Source of the DNA: a virus
Length of the DNA stretch: 64,000 nt
Reading direction: 5' to 3' (one strand)
Virus record (IMG/VR): IMGVR_UViG_3300009008_000022
Coordinates: 1-64,000 of that record
A model generated the notes under the pieces. The model was given only the letters and a program-made list of their open reading frames with translations. It was not told the DNA's origin and did not search any database. Position 1 is the stretch's first letter. Every line of letters starts with the position of its first letter. Both the position numbers and the translations under genes were made by a program. Shown piece after piece: positions 37,295 to 47,414 of the stretch.

Positions 37295-37552
37295 ATGGCA
37301 ACGCTGATACAGGTGGACGGCGTGCGGGTTGACGTGCTGGGGGAGGGCGAAAACGGCGCGCTAACCAATGAGCAAATCCAGGGGTTGATCGGCGGCTACT
37401 ACGCCCACACCTACTTGGACGCGAATCGGCTGGCGCTCTATGACGAGGAAGGCAACTTGAAAAAGCTGCCGGTCAACATGGCTGCATCGGAGATCGTTGG
37501 GTATCAGGTGGTTGGCCCGGTGCTGCTCGTTTCAATCAAGGAGATGCGCTGA
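37295..37552 (+). CDS. DUF3846-like small protein
   Basis: L...Q.LIGGY, DEEG.LK.LPVN..AS...VGPVL. Confidence 0.65.
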   Translation: MATLIQVDGVRVDVLGEGENGALTNEQIQGLIGGYYAHTYLDANRLALYDEEGNLKKLPVNMAASEIVGYQVVGPVLLVSIKEMR

Positions 37553-38224
37553 ATGCCTGCCATTGTCTACATGAACGAGGCAGGGGAGCGCGTGCCGAGC
37601 GTTACCACGGTGCTGTCGGGCAACCTGGCTTGGAACAAGCGCCAGCTCATGATCTGGGCAAACAAGCTGGGCTTGAGCGGTCAAGACCTGTGGAGCGACG
37701 ACAAGACCGAGGCCACGGTGGGCACCGTCGCGCACGCCTACGTTACCGATGATGCGGCCGGTGATCCGCTGGACGTGGATCACATCACGCAAGGCAACTG
37801 GCCGGCGCTGAGCGAGGAACAGCTCGCCAAGGTGCGGTACTGCTGCAAGGCGTGGTTGCTCTGGAAGGAAATGCACGGGTTTGAAACCGTGGCCGATGAG
37901 TGCTCGCTGGTCAGCGAAACACACCAGTTTGGCGGCACGCTGGACCTTGCCATGGTGCAGGGGCGCCGGATGATCTGCGACCTGAAAACCGGCAAGGGCG
38001 TCTACCGGGACATGCTGCTCCAAATCGCAGCTTACGGAATGCTGTGGAACGAAACCCACCCCAATGAGCCCGTCGAGGGGTACGCGCTGCTGCTGCTGGG
38101 CAAGTACGACGGCGCGTTTCACTACCACGTTTGGCCGGAGCTGGAGCTGGAAAAGCTCGCGTTCATTCATTGCCTGGAGCTTCACAAGATCCATCAAACG
38201 ATCAAGCAACAGAGGGGAATCTAA
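37553..38224 (+). CDS. PD-(D/E)xK exonuclease (RecT partner)
   Basis: PSVTTVL, GT..H, GGTLD, DLKT, QIAAY. Confidence 0.85.
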   Translation: MPAIVYMNEAGERVPSVTTVLSGNLAWNKRQLMIWANKLGLSGQDLWSDDKTEATVGTVAHAYVTDDAAGDPLDVDHITQGNWPALSEEQLAKVRYCCKAWLLWKEMHGFETVADECSLVSETHQFGGTLDLAMVQGRRMICDLKTGKGVYRDMLLQIAAYGMLWNETHPNEPVEGYALLLLGKYDGAFHYHVWPELELEKLAFIHCLELHKIHQTIKQQRGI

Positions 38225-38880
38225 TGTCAGACCGCGAGTGCTTTTGCTTGAAACACCCGCCGATGCCTGGCCTGGCGAAGAATCACGACTTTTACCGCAC
38301 GCCGCAGGAAACCACGACGCTGTTGATCGACGGTAGCCCACCGGACCCTGCCAGCCTGCTAATCGAGCCGAGCGCGGGAGAGGGCCATATTTGCCGCGCG
38401 CTGGAGTGGCACGGCTACGTCGTCAGCCTGGCGGTGGAGCTGCGAGCGGAGGAGCGGGAACGGCTGGAGCAAGACGCGGTGACGGTGATCATTGGCGACT
38501 GGCTCAACCTCGTGCGCCAGGATTCGTTTCGCGACGATCTTCAAGTGCAAATGACGGACGCCGGGATCTCTATCGTGGGCAACCCGCCGTGGTCCTTGGC
38601 TTGCCAGTTTATCCAGGCGTGCCTGTCGCTTAACCCGGATTATTTAGCCCTGCTGTTGCCCTGGCAGCTCCCCGCCAGGCCGCCGAGCAAAAAGACCCGC
38701 GCCGCGGAGCGTGACGCCTGGGAGGTGGTGTTCTCAGGGCACCAGCCCACCGGGCTGCATCCGGTGCCCAGGCCGAGCTTCACCATGGACGGCAAGTCGG
38801 GCGTGAGTGAGTGCGGGTGGTTCGTTTGGCAGAAGGGCCAGAGCCGGGTCAACCTGCAACCTTGGATGGAGGGCAAGTAG
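38224..38880 (+). CDS. DNA amino-methyltransferase (probably N6-adenine)
   Basis: DFY.TP, EPSAG.G (motif I), GNPPW (motif IV), WFVW. Confidence 0.8.
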   Translation: MSDRECFCLKHPPMPGLAKNHDFYRTPQETTTLLIDGSPPDPASLLIEPSAGEGHICRALEWHGYVVSLAVELRAEERERLEQDAVTVIIGDWLNLVRQDSFRDDLQVQMTDAGISIVGNPPWSLACQFIQACLSLNPDYLALLLPWQLPARPPSKKTRAAERDAWEVVFSGHQPTGLHPVPRPSFTMDGKSGVSECGWFVWQKGQSRVNLQPWMEGK

Positions 38881-38882
38881 CC

Positions 38883-39431
38883 ATGCCGGAGCAGATGAGC
38901 TTTTTTGACCAGCCGCCGGCCCGTGACACGCTGCAAGAGGCGCGGGACAAGGTGCGCGACGGGCTAGAGGACGGTGTTGAATGCCCGTGCTGTAAGCAGC
39001 TCTGCAAGCTGTACGCGCGGAACATGAACAGCGCAAGGGCCAGGGCGCTGATCTGGCTGGTAAACAAGCATGAGCTGGCCCTGTTGAGGCGATCTCCGCA
39101 TTCAATCGCCCATGGTCAGACGTGTTGGACGCATATCAGGACCGAGGCGCCGAAATGGCTAATCGCCCTGGGCGGCGAGTTTGCGAAGCTGCGCTATTGG
39201 GGATTCATCACCGAACGGCCCAACGACGACAAGCGCAAGCGCACGTCCGGCTACTGGAAGCCAACGCAGGCCGGCCGGGACTTTGCGCACGGCCGCGCCA
39301 TGGCAATCAAAACCTTCTACGTTTTCGACGGGGAGGTACAGCGCGCCTCGACTGAGCTAATCAGCGTGCGCGCCGCCCTGGGCGAGCAGTTTGACTACCA
39401 GGAGCTAATGAATGGCAAAGACAGCGTATAG
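38883..39431 (+). CDS. Hypothetical Zn-ribbon/wHTH protein
   Basis: CPCC.Q..K.Y, KLRYWG.I, SG.W..T..G..F. Confidence 0.6.
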   Translation: MPEQMSFFDQPPARDTLQEARDKVRDGLEDGVECPCCKQLCKLYARNMNSARARALIWLVNKHELALLRRSPHSIAHGQTCWTHIRTEAPKWLIALGGEFAKLRYWGFITERPNDDKRKRTSGYWKPTQAGRDFAHGRAMAIKTFYVFDGEVQRASTELISVRAALGEQFDYQELMNGKDSV

Positions 39432-39627
39432 CGGCGACCTGGACGCGCTTGCTTGCGCGTGCGGACAACCGGACTGCCCAGAACAGGTGTACTTTCACAG
39501 CCGGTGCCACCCCAAGGCGCCAACGTGGGCGCGGTACGACAAAAAGACGCGGACCATCACCATCGAATGCAGCGTGTGCAAGCAGGAGTTGATCGTCGCG
39601 TCGGTGGCGGTCAGCCGTGAGAACTAG
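39412..39627 (+). CDS. Small Cys-rich protein
   Basis: H.RCHP...W..Y....I.CSVC. Confidence 0.55.
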   Translation: MAKTAYSGDLDALACACGQPDCPEQVYFHSRCHPKAPTWARYDKKTRTITIECSVCKQELIVASVAVSREN

Positions 39628-39654
39628 GGCCACACGGCCAACATGGAGGGCGCC

Positions 39655-41148
39655 ATGGGAAACGATCCACTGACTATCAAGTCGTTAGAAATTTCAAACA
39701 TCAAAGCGGTGCGCCACTTTCGGCTGGTAGGCCGGCCGGGAGTGACCGAGATTGCAGGCGACAACGGTGTGGGCAAGACCACGATCTTGAGCGTGCCGCG
39801 CTGGCTCATGGAGGGCAAAAAAGCCCTGGGCAAAATGCCGATCACGCAGGGCAAGCAGCACGGCGCCGCGCGCATGGACCTGGGCGAGTATGTGATCACT
39901 CTCCAGCTCACCGAGGGCAAGCCGCCGCGGTGGGAGATCCGCAGCGCGGACGGTGGCAAGTACCCGCTGAAAACTACCAAGGGGTTTTTGTCCGCCTGGA
40001 CCTTTGACCCCCTGGCGTTTGCCAACATGCCCGCCAAGGATCAGGAGCGGACCTTTCGCGAGTTTGCCGGCGAGGAGTGGTGCGCGGAGCTGGACCGCTT
40101 GCAGGATGAAATGGAGGCCGCGGTTGCCAAGCGTACCGGCGCGTTCCACGACAAAAAAGCCCTGGGCAACCCGGAAGTGCCGGTCGAGGAAGTTGAGCCG
40201 GTGGACACCGCCGCCCTGGCCGACGAACTGCGCCAGATCGAGGACTGGAACGATTCTCAGGATCAGGTTGATGCGCAGCGCGTGGAGTTGTTTGCCGCCG
40301 CTGAGCAGGCAGAGCGGGAGGCAGAGCGCAAGGTCGAGACTGCCACGCGAGAGGCAGAGCTGAGCGAAGCCCAGGCCGAGGAGTTGGCCGAGACAGCACG
40401 CCTGGAAGTGGGCGACCTGGAGCGGAAGATCCAGAACCTACAAGCCAAGCTCAAGGGCGCTGAGCGCCGGCATGAACAGTCGGTTGACAACCTGGCCGCG
40501 GTGCGTATGCGGTTGCAGGGCGAGGTGCACGCCGCACGCGAGGCCGCCACGGAGGAACTGAGGGAGGCGCGAGATGCCGCCGCCGCCGCGCCGCGCGGAG
40601 CCGAGCGCCGGGATCCCGCGCCGGTGTTGGAGCAGCTTGACCAGGCCGGAGAGGCGCAGCTCCGCTATGTGGAGTATGAGCAGGCGTTGCAGGCGGTGGA
40701 GCGGGCGAACCTGGCCGCACAGCGCCACAAGGCAGCCGACAGCAAGGTCAAGTCGCTCAAGGGCCAGGTGGAAAAGCACTACCAGGGCGCCGATCTGCCC
40801 GTCGAGGGGATTGAACTGCGCGCCGATGGCATTTGGGTTGACGGACTGCCGTTTACCGAGCTGGCGCGAAGCCGGCAGATCCAGGTGAGCCTTGAGGTGG
40901 GCATGGCGCTTAACCCGCGGTTGCGGTGTGTGTTTGTGGACGACGCCGAAGCCCTGGGAGATACCCTGTACCGGGAGATCGAGGCCACCGCGGTGGAGCG
41001 CGGGTATCAGGTGCTCATGGCGACGGTGGGCAAGGGCCACACCGACGACGCGATCATGATCGAGGTGCAAGAGCCCGACGACGACGACGATGAGCTGAGC
41101 CCGGTTGACGTGGCCGGTGATCATGGCGTGATTGAGGTGCCGGAGTGA
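39655..41148 (+). CDS. SMC/Rad50-like ABC ATPase
   Basis: LEISNIK, GDNGVGKT, long coiled coil, degenerate signature ELARS, Walker B VFVDDAE. Confidence 0.8.
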   Translation: MGNDPLTIKSLEISNIKAVRHFRLVGRPGVTEIAGDNGVGKTTILSVPRWLMEGKKALGKMPITQGKQHGAARMDLGEYVITLQLTEGKPPRWEIRSADGGKYPLKTTKGFLSAWTFDPLAFANMPAKDQERTFREFAGEEWCAELDRLQDEMEAAVAKRTGAFHDKKALGNPEVPVEEVEPVDTAALADELRQIEDWNDSQDQVDAQRVELFAAAEQAEREAERKVETATREAELSEAQAEELAETARLEVGDLERKIQNLQAKLKGAERRHEQSVDNLAAVRMRLQGEVHAAREAATEELREARDAAAAAPRGAERRDPAPVLEQLDQAGEAQLRYVEYEQALQAVERANLAAQRHKAADSKVKSLKGQVEKHYQGADLPVEGIELRADGIWVDGLPFTELARSRQIQVSLEVGMALNPRLRCVFVDDAEALGDTLYREIEATAVERGYQVLMATVGKGHTDDAIMIEVQEPDDDDDELSPVDVAGDHGVIEVPE

Positions 41149-41381
41149 GCAACCCCACGGTGCTGGAGATGGTGAAAGCGGCGTTGATAGGCGGCGGTTA
41201 TGACGGCCTGGTAGCATCGGCTGGCGAGTGCGCCTGCATCGTTACCGACCTGGCGCCGTGCGGTGAGATACAGGATAGCTGCATTGCGGGCTACCTGGCG
41301 CCCTGCCCCGATGATTGCCGGGATCATGACTTTCATATCGTGGTTAAAAAACCGATCTATGTGGAAAAGTCGAAGCTGTAG
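41145..41381 (+). CDS. Small Cys-rich protein
   Basis: GYDGL....CAC...DL.PC......C..GY. Confidence 0.6.
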   Translation: MSNPTVLEMVKAALIGGGYDGLVASAGECACIVTDLAPCGEIQDSCIAGYLAPCPDDCRDHDFHIVVKKPIYVEKSKL

Positions 41382-41383
41382 CC

Positions 41384-41977
41384 ATGCCCCACCGATCCGA
41401 CAAAAAATGGTCCGCCTTGCTGGCAGAGGCGCGTGAGCTGGGGTTGCATTATCTCGGCAACGACATAGCCGAGCTGCGCAACATCGTGGACCAGGAGCGC
41501 GCGGTGCGCGAGGGCAAGCCTGACTGCTACAGCCAGAGCTACAGCCGGACAGACCCGCGGTGCGGACGGTGCGAGGCTTCGCAGGACTGCTCAGGGCTCA
41601 TGCTCCGGCCGCAAATCGGCCTGTTTGACGTGCCGGAAATGATCGGGTGCGACTGGTGCGACGGCGACCTGATCATGGAGCTGACAGACGACACCGGAGC
41701 GGTGATAGACCGCGCTTGCAGCTCGCCGGATTGCCATAACACGGCCCGTAACCAGCGCCGCCGCCGGACGGTGACAAAGTTTCTCAAGAGCAAGCCCACC
41801 GGCGCAGACCTGGCGGCGTTGCGCGAAGATCTCTGGGTAACGCTAGACAACCTGGCCGCGGTGCTGCAAGTGGACCGCGCCAGGCTTAAATCAGCCATTG
41901 CCAGGCCGGATGATCGGCTGAGCAAGGAAACGCGGGAGGCGTTTATAAAGTGGGTCAAGCGGACGACGATCTTATAA
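41384..41977 (+). CDS. Zn-finger protein with C-terminal HTH-like region
   Basis: Several CxxC motifs; L..LRE.L..T...LA..L.V. Confidence 0.55.
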   Translation: MPHRSDKKWSALLAEARELGLHYLGNDIAELRNIVDQERAVREGKPDCYSQSYSRTDPRCGRCEASQDCSGLMLRPQIGLFDVPEMIGCDWCDGDLIMELTDDTGAVIDRACSSPDCHNTARNQRRRRTVTKFLKSKPTGADLAALREDLWVTLDNLAAVLQVDRARLKSAIARPDDRLSKETREAFIKWVKRTTIL

Positions 41978-41988
41978 TCACCCCAGGA

Positions 41989-42267
41989 ATGGGGGAGGCA
42001 GACGTGCTGAATTGGCTGGACGCTAAGCTGGCAGAGTTTGACGAGCTGGTAGACCGGCGGCCGGCCGATAACATGCCGATCAACGTCAACGCCGCGCGCT
42101 TGTGGCGCCACAAGATGATCCTGCTTTACGGTCGGATGGTGGGCGCGATTGAATCCCTGGCGACCTTTGGACACTTGGCGCCCAGGGCGGCCGAGATGAT
42201 GAACCACCGGATCAAGGGCGCGACGTACCGACACATAGCCCGACACCTAACAGGAGCGGATCAGTGA
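41989..42267 (+). CDS. Hypothetical protein
   Basis: Fits the operon chain. Confidence 0.5.
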   Translation: MGEADVLNWLDAKLAEFDELVDRRPADNMPINVNAARLWRHKMILLYGRMVGAIESLATFGHLAPRAAEMMNHRIKGATYRHIARHLTGADQ

Positions 42268-42626
42268 GCAAGAAAAAGAGCGTGAGAAAGGCCAAGTGGC
42301 ACCGCCTGACTGAAATGGTCATGGTGGACGGCGAGATCGTGAGCGTGGGAGAGGATCAGGATCCCGTGCTGGTCAGCGAAAAGCTCTACACCGCGGACGG
42401 TGAGCCGGTGCTGCTCGTGGCGCGTGTGCCCATGGGCGCGGTGGCGCCGGGGCACCTGGAGATGCTGCGCCAGTTGATCAACGCCTCAATCAATGCCGAC
42501 GACGGGGTAGAAACCCTGATCACTGACTCCGCGGTGGAGATGATGAAGCTGGCGCCGATGAGCGACATTGACGCCAGGCGACTGATTGACCAGCTCCGGC
42601 GGCGCGAGCAAGAACAGGGCGCGTGA
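42264..42626 (+). CDS. Hypothetical protein
   Basis: AGGAG RBS, GTG start. Confidence 0.6.
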   Translation: MSKKKSVRKAKWHRLTEMVMVDGEIVSVGEDQDPVLVSEKLYTADGEPVLLVARVPMGAVAPGHLEMLRQLINASINADDGVETLITDSAVEMMKLAPMSDIDARRLIDQLRRREQEQGA

Positions 42627-42639
42627 TAGGATCGAACCA

Positions 42640-43122
42640 ATGACCGACGACAAAGACAACGTGCCTGTGCCGCCAGATCTTGAGCTGGACCCGAAAGAGG
42701 AAGCGGCAATCAAGGAAGCCCACCGGCTGTTTGAGCTGTGGCAGGAGCGCCGTGCGAAGCGTGAAAAGTCCGGCGTAAGGCTGCCACCTGGCGGTGCGGT
42801 GACGTGTCACCCGGTCGAGCTGGCCTATTGGGCGCTCAGGGTGGAACTACACGAGGAGCTGTGCTCTAAGCTCAACCTGCCAGGCCATGCGGTAAGCGTG
42901 GTGCTTGAGGCGAGCGGTAACGGCGTGGTTCCGCGGGTGGATTACCAGATCCCAAAGAGCTGGATCGCGCCGGCCGCGGCTGGAGATACCGAGGGTAAAA
43001 ACCGGGCGTATATCCAGCAGCAGACCGTCCTTCTCAGTGACCAGGCCAGCCGGATCTACAACCATCGGTTGCAGGAGCTTGGAAAGTGGCAGACGACAAC
43101 GGCGACGGCGACAAACGAGTAA
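42640..43122 (+). CDS. Hypothetical protein
   Basis: Fits the operon chain. Confidence 0.55.
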   Translation: MTDDKDNVPVPPDLELDPKEEAAIKEAHRLFELWQERRAKREKSGVRLPPGGAVTCHPVELAYWALRVELHEELCSKLNLPGHAVSVVLEASGNGVVPRVDYQIPKSWIAPAAAGDTEGKNRAYIQQQTVLLSDQASRIYNHRLQELGKWQTTTATATNE

Positions 43123-43793
43123 CTGTCACCCTGCCCGCGGCGCCGGAGAAAGAAACCGCCCTGGTGGACCGCGTAGCAGACCAGATCGAGGCGGTGGAGC
43201 CTGGCGACACCGAGGTGCACCTCGACGTGATGGTGCTCAGGGCGCAGATCGCTTACATGACGGATTCAGAGCGCCGGCCGCCGGACGCTTTCTACCCCGT
43301 GGTAGCGCGCCACATGACGATTACGGCCTACTACCACCGGGTAAGGGATGGTCGCTGGAGAGAGGCCAGGGAACAGCTCTGGGCCAGGGCGCAGCGCCGG
43401 TTGGTAGAGCGCCTGTCCGGCCAAGTGGTAGAGCAGCGCGTGCGGGAGATGGAACAGCTTACCAGCTTGCGGGAGCACTACCTGGACCTGATCACGCCGG
43501 ACGAGGTTGAAGTGGTAAACGAGGACACCGGCCTGGTGGAGCGCCACCGGCGATTCAAGGTCGAGCCCAAGTCGCTGGGGGAGGCGGTGCGGAGCTTCAA
43601 GGATCTGACCCTTCTGTTGGAAATGACCCGACGAAACGTGTTTGGCGAGCTGGATAACCACGTTCCCGCGGTGGAGATGCAAAACGCGGAGGAAGCCGGC
43701 GGTGCCGGGGACTACTTCTCCCAGGATGAGCTGGCAGAGTTGGCGCATGGGCTGCTCAAGCGCCGAAGTGGGCTGGACGATGGCAACAACTAA
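43086..43793 (+). CDS. Hypothetical helical protein (possible small-terminase-like)
   Basis: HTH-like segment, then W...R and a coiled coil; function not established. Confidence 0.5.
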   Translation: MADDNGDGDKRVTVTLPAAPEKETALVDRVADQIEAVEPGDTEVHLDVMVLRAQIAYMTDSERRPPDAFYPVVARHMTITAYYHRVRDGRWREAREQLWARAQRRLVERLSGQVVEQRVREMEQLTSLREHYLDLITPDEVEVVNEDTGLVERHRRFKVEPKSLGEAVRSFKDLTLLLEMTRRNVFGELDNHVPAVEMQNAEEAGGAGDYFSQDELAELAHGLLKRRSGLDDGNN

Positions 43794-43989
43794 CCAGGCC
43801 GGAGACATGGTGAGCTGTCAGCGGTGCGGCGTAGGTGGGCGCCTGTGGAGCGGGCCGTTCCTTCGCGGTGCGGCGGTGCGCGTTGAAACCGGAAATGACG
43901 CGCTGGTCATTCACCTGTGCTCAGGGTGCCGGGAGCGACTTTTCAACTGGCTTAACGGTGAGCAGAACGGCTACGGGATGGTGCACTAA
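43780..43989 (+). CDS. Small Zn-finger protein
   Basis: CQRC...HLCSGC...L..WL. Confidence 0.55.
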   Translation: MATTNQAGDMVSCQRCGVGGRLWSGPFLRGAAVRVETGNDALVIHLCSGCRERLFNWLNGEQNGYGMVH

Positions 43990-43998
43990 TGGGGAGCC

Positions 43999-44325
43999 AT
44001 GCCGGTTGATAGGCCAGGGATAAACGAGCTGCTACCTGTCCGCCCCTGTACGGTGACGCGCAACCGCTGGCGGCGCCTGCTAACCACCATGGGGCCAAAC
44101 TGGACGCCGCTTAAAAAGCGCCTGCATCACCGCACGGTCTGGGCGCTGAAACGGCACGGATTGATAGAGTACAAGTCCGGCTACCACTTGGTAATGGTAC
44201 GCCTAACCCCGCGCGGGGTAGCAGTACGGGACCGCTGGCTAGAACTTGATGCCTGGCGGTTAGACAAGCGCATGAAACGAAAGTATCCAGGCCGGGAGAA
44301 CAGAAGGCCGAAGATTCAAATCTGA
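43999..44325 (+). CDS. Basic hypothetical protein (wHTH-like)
   Basis: RTV.AL.RHGLIE....LTPRG. Confidence 0.5.
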   Translation: MPVDRPGINELLPVRPCTVTRNRWRRLLTTMGPNWTPLKKRLHHRTVWALKRHGLIEYKSGYHLVMVRLTPRGVAVRDRWLELDAWRLDKRMKRKYPGRENRRPKIQI

Positions 44326-44350
44326 AGTGATAAAACTGGAGGGCGCCAAA

Positions 44351-45436
44351 ATGACTGTACTTTCCGATGCCGTGAAACTCGCGGCTACGTTTTCTGACAC
44401 GAAAAGCCCACACGAGGGATACCGCGGCGTGCAGCTCCGGCCGGATGGCCTGTCGGCTATTTGCAACGGCCGCGCGGTGACGGTGCGGCTGGACTTGGGA
44501 GAGGTGGAGGGCGTAGCCAACGCGACCGATCTCAAGCGCGCGGTGTCCGCCCTGGGCGACGACGTAGAGCTAGAGGTTGACGGCAACATGCTGTCGGTCA
44601 TTCGCGACGGTGGGCGCGGTGTGCTGTCTCTGCCCCTGCTGTCTCTGGCTCATGCGGTCAAGGTGCCGGAGCCGCCGGAGGATGCGACCTGGCACGAGGT
44701 GGAAGGGTGGGAGGCGGTCAAGCGCGCCTCGTGGTGCACAGGGTCCGACGTTAGCCGCCCCTGGCTTTGCGCGGTGCACCTTAGCCCGCTGGGCTGGGTT
44801 GAGGCGACAGACGGCCACGCGGGCGTGCGGGTGCGACTCGGTGACGTGCTGGAGGACAGCGGCGAAGTGGTGGCGGACCTGTCCAGCGTGTTTGGCTCTG
44901 GGATCTTGGTCCGGCCGGACGTGCTAGGCGGTGGGGAGTCGAGCAAGGCGCAGATCACGAGGGAGAAAGATTGGCTATTCGTGCGCGGCCTGGGCGACGG
45001 CGGTGTGAGGGGAATCAAGGTGGTGGACAGCAAGTTCCCGGCGGTCCAGCGCGTGTTTGAGGATCCGCGCGACTATCCCACCGTGAGCGTTGATCCCGCG
45101 GAGCTGCTAGACGTGGCGCGGGAGGCCGCGGTGGTGGGCGGCCCGGTGTCGCTGGGGTTGGAGGCGGGCATGGACATTTTGCACGTCGAATGCGAGGGGC
45201 CAGGGACCGAGGCGGGGCATTACAAGGGCGAGGTTGGCGTGGTGGGCATGGCCGGAGATCACGAATTGGGGTGGGTTGCCCTGGAATCGCGCCTGCTGAT
45301 CTCGGCTATCCAGGCGGCCGGAGAGGAAGTGATCAGGGTGGGCTTTAAGCTGGTGCCCAACGGATCACTTGAGCCGGTTTATCTGTCAGACGACAGCGGC
45401 GAATATGAGGCCGTGATCATGCCGATGAGAATGTAA
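44351..45436 (+). CDS. dnaN: DNA polymerase III beta sliding clamp-like protein
   Basis: D.SRP.L..V, ATDGH, KFP...V, C-terminal VIMPMR; about 361 aa; divergent. Confidence 0.78.
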   Translation: MTVLSDAVKLAATFSDTKSPHEGYRGVQLRPDGLSAICNGRAVTVRLDLGEVEGVANATDLKRAVSALGDDVELEVDGNMLSVIRDGGRGVLSLPLLSLAHAVKVPEPPEDATWHEVEGWEAVKRASWCTGSDVSRPWLCAVHLSPLGWVEATDGHAGVRVRLGDVLEDSGEVVADLSSVFGSGILVRPDVLGGGESSKAQITREKDWLFVRGLGDGGVRGIKVVDSKFPAVQRVFEDPRDYPTVSVDPAELLDVAREAAVVGGPVSLGLEAGMDILHVECEGPGTEAGHYKGEVGVVGMAGDHELGWVALESRLLISAIQAAGEEVIRVGFKLVPNGSLEPVYLSDDSGEYEAVIMPMRM

Positions 45437-45438
45437 CC

Positions 45439-46002
45439 ATGGGCGCTCAATACCAGTGGAACAAAGAGGTGCGGGGGATGCTCGTTAATTGGGACACGAT
45501 AGCGGCGCCCGCGTTGGGGAAGTTGCCCGCGGTGGTGGTGAAAGCGGGGGAGTTTGAAAGGATGCGTCCGGCCGTGTGGATGCACCACGACGGCCGGAGG
45601 CCAGAGTACGAAATAAGCCCACCGATGGCTGACACGGCGTGGGCTTTGGCGAAGTGCCAAGGATCGCAGGTTTTGCTGTCAATCGTTATGGGCTACGCCT
45701 ACGGCAGAAGGCACAGCCACAGCCGTTCTCCCGTGTGGCGCAAACTCCAGATTGGCGCGTCCGCGGCCTGGGAGCGGGACCAGCGGCAATCTCCCGCGGG
45801 GCATGTGGCCTGGTACTGGAACGGTAACGCGCGTCATGTTCTGCCCCCTGTCCCTGGTTTGCGGTCGGAGTCTTACAAGCTGGAGACTGATCCCATGGTT
45901 GCCTATGCCGATGCCGTGGCCGCCGCGGTGCGCTATTGGGAGGGCGTGCTCAGCGAATACAGGATCGAGCTGGGGCCGAGCGCAGCAAAGGAACTGGTGT
46001 AA
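45439..46002 (+). CDS. Hypothetical protein
   Basis: Fits the operon chain. Confidence 0.55.
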   Translation: MGAQYQWNKEVRGMLVNWDTIAAPALGKLPAVVVKAGEFERMRPAVWMHHDGRRPEYEISPPMADTAWALAKCQGSQVLLSIVMGYAYGRRHSHSRSPVWRKLQIGASAAWERDQRQSPAGHVAWYWNGNARHVLPPVPGLRSESYKLETDPMVAYADAVAAAVRYWEGVLSEYRIELGPSAAKELV

Positions 46003-46004
46003 CC

Positions 46005-46550
46005 ATGGGCTTTCCAATAGTCGAAGGGCCGGAGGTGGAGCTGGTGCCCATGGAGCTGTTCCAGGCCGCCATGGTGGGCGTTTACCGCCGCCTGGACGCC
46101 ATGCGCAAGAATCGAAAGGACAAGGAACGGGACGCCGGCAAGTGTGACCATCTGTCGTTCTGGCAAAACGAGATCGAAGGGGCCGCGGGCGAGGCCGTGG
46201 TATCCAAGTACCTGGGCCTGTATTGGAGCGGTTCCCCTGGCGAGCTGTTCAAGCCGGACGCTGGCGGTTGCGAGGTTAAAACCACGCCGTATGAGTACGG
46301 CCGCCTGCTGATCAGGGACCGTGAAGCGAAGGAACGGCCGGACAAGATCCAAAAGCCGTGGATTCTGGTGACTGGCGGCTATGGCAGGTATGTAATCCGC
46401 GGCTGGCTCTGGCCCGAGCCGTATGTATCGGAGGGCAAGAGCAGCCCGTACTGGTGCGCGCCGGACGGCGTACAGTATTGCTGGGCGCTACCTCAAGACA
46501 AACTCAGCCCGATCTCCGAGCTGCCGAAAGACGAAACCCTGGTGCTGTGA
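46005..46550 (+). CDS. Putative PD-(D/E)xK nuclease-fold protein
   Basis: GAAGE..V.KYLG, PD....EVKT. Confidence 0.55.
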   Translation: MGFPIVEGPEVELVPMELFQAAMVGVYRRLDAMRKNRKDKERDAGKCDHLSFWQNEIEGAAGEAVVSKYLGLYWSGSPGELFKPDAGGCEVKTTPYEYGRLLIRDREAKERPDKIQKPWILVTGGYGRYVIRGWLWPEPYVSEGKSSPYWCAPDGVQYCWALPQDKLSPISELPKDETLVL

Positions 46551-46789
46551 TGCCTCGTTACCTCGTGTCAATTCAACCCGAATACAGCTTGGATCCAGAG
46601 GACGCCTTACACGTCACGATCAAGACGGTGGACCTGGGCAACAAGTGGACCGCTTACCATGTAAGCCCCGAGGGGGAGGTGGGCTGGCGTGCGTTTGGAA
46701 AGACAGAGGCAGAGGCGGTGCTGGATCTGCTCCGGCGGGATGAGATACCCGACGTTCCCGAGCTGCCCACCGGTGAGTGGCCGGGATGA
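46550..46789 (+). CDS. Hypothetical protein
   Basis: TGATG overlap; FG.TE.EAV..L. Confidence 0.5.
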   Translation: MPRYLVSIQPEYSLDPEDALHVTIKTVDLGNKWTAYHVSPEGEVGWRAFGKTEAEAVLDLLRRDEIPDVPELPTGEWPG

Positions 46790-47280
46790 GCACGCTACAG
46801 CTCGTGCTGATTCTGGCGCTGGCCCTGGCCCAACCTGCCAGGCCGGTGGACACCGGAATAGCGAGCTTGTATCGCCCCTGGCGCAAGGGTCCGCTTGTTC
46901 CCTACGCGAGCTATCCAGGCCGGCCGAAAGTGGCGCCGAAGCCAAGCGATCTAGTCTGTGCTGCTCGCTACCGCTACGGCCGCCACCGGATCAGGTTTGG
47001 CACGGTGCTGCGCCTCGTGAGCGTGACCAGGGCGGGCAAGGTGCGCGGGATAGGGCTTTGCATGGTGCTGGATCGCGGCCCCTACGGCACTTGTGAGCCG
47101 TCGCCAGGCCACAAGGGGCGAAGGTGCCCAGAGGGGTATAAATGGGGCGTGAACGTCAAAGCGGCGCCGCCTGGTGGGTGGTATCGCGGCGTGGTGGACG
47201 CAACGCCGGACGTGCACAAAATGATGCGCAGCTCCGGCTGGACGCGCGTTAGAATGGAAATTCTCAAGGCGGGAAAATGA
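46786..47280 (+). CDS. Secreted RlpA-like (DPBB) lytic transglycosylase-like protein
   Basis: Signal peptide; G.AS.Y, CAAR, FGT.L.L, V.DRGPY, VVD.T. Confidence 0.65.
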   Translation: MSTLQLVLILALALAQPARPVDTGIASLYRPWRKGPLVPYASYPGRPKVAPKPSDLVCAARYRYGRHRIRFGTVLRLVSVTRAGKVRGIGLCMVLDRGPYGTCEPSPGHKGRRCPEGYKWGVNVKAAPPGGWYRGVVDATPDVHKMMRSSGWTRVRMEILKAGK

Positions 47281-47414
47281 ACGGCGTTACCTGGCATTGG
47301 TCAAACGTAAATCAGGCGTGGTTGATCCTGTGGAACGAAACCCTGTTGGCGGTCAAGAACACGGCAGCGGAGCGCGACGATTACTTGCGCGAGCTGGGGA
47401 TCGAGTCCCGGTGA
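47277..47414 (+). CDS. 45-aa hypothetical protein (not in ORF track)
   Basis: ATGA overlap; MNGVTWHWSNVNQAWLILWNETLLAVKNTAAERDDYLRELGIESR; GTGA overlap with the next ORF. Confidence 0.5.
   Translation: MNGVTWHWSNVNQAWLILWNETLLAVKNTAAERDDYLRELGIESR

Noticed and set aside
37553-38224. Cas4/CRISPR adaptation gene
   Set aside because: Lacks the Cas4 C-terminal Cys cluster; its position beside recT indicates a recombination exonuclease.
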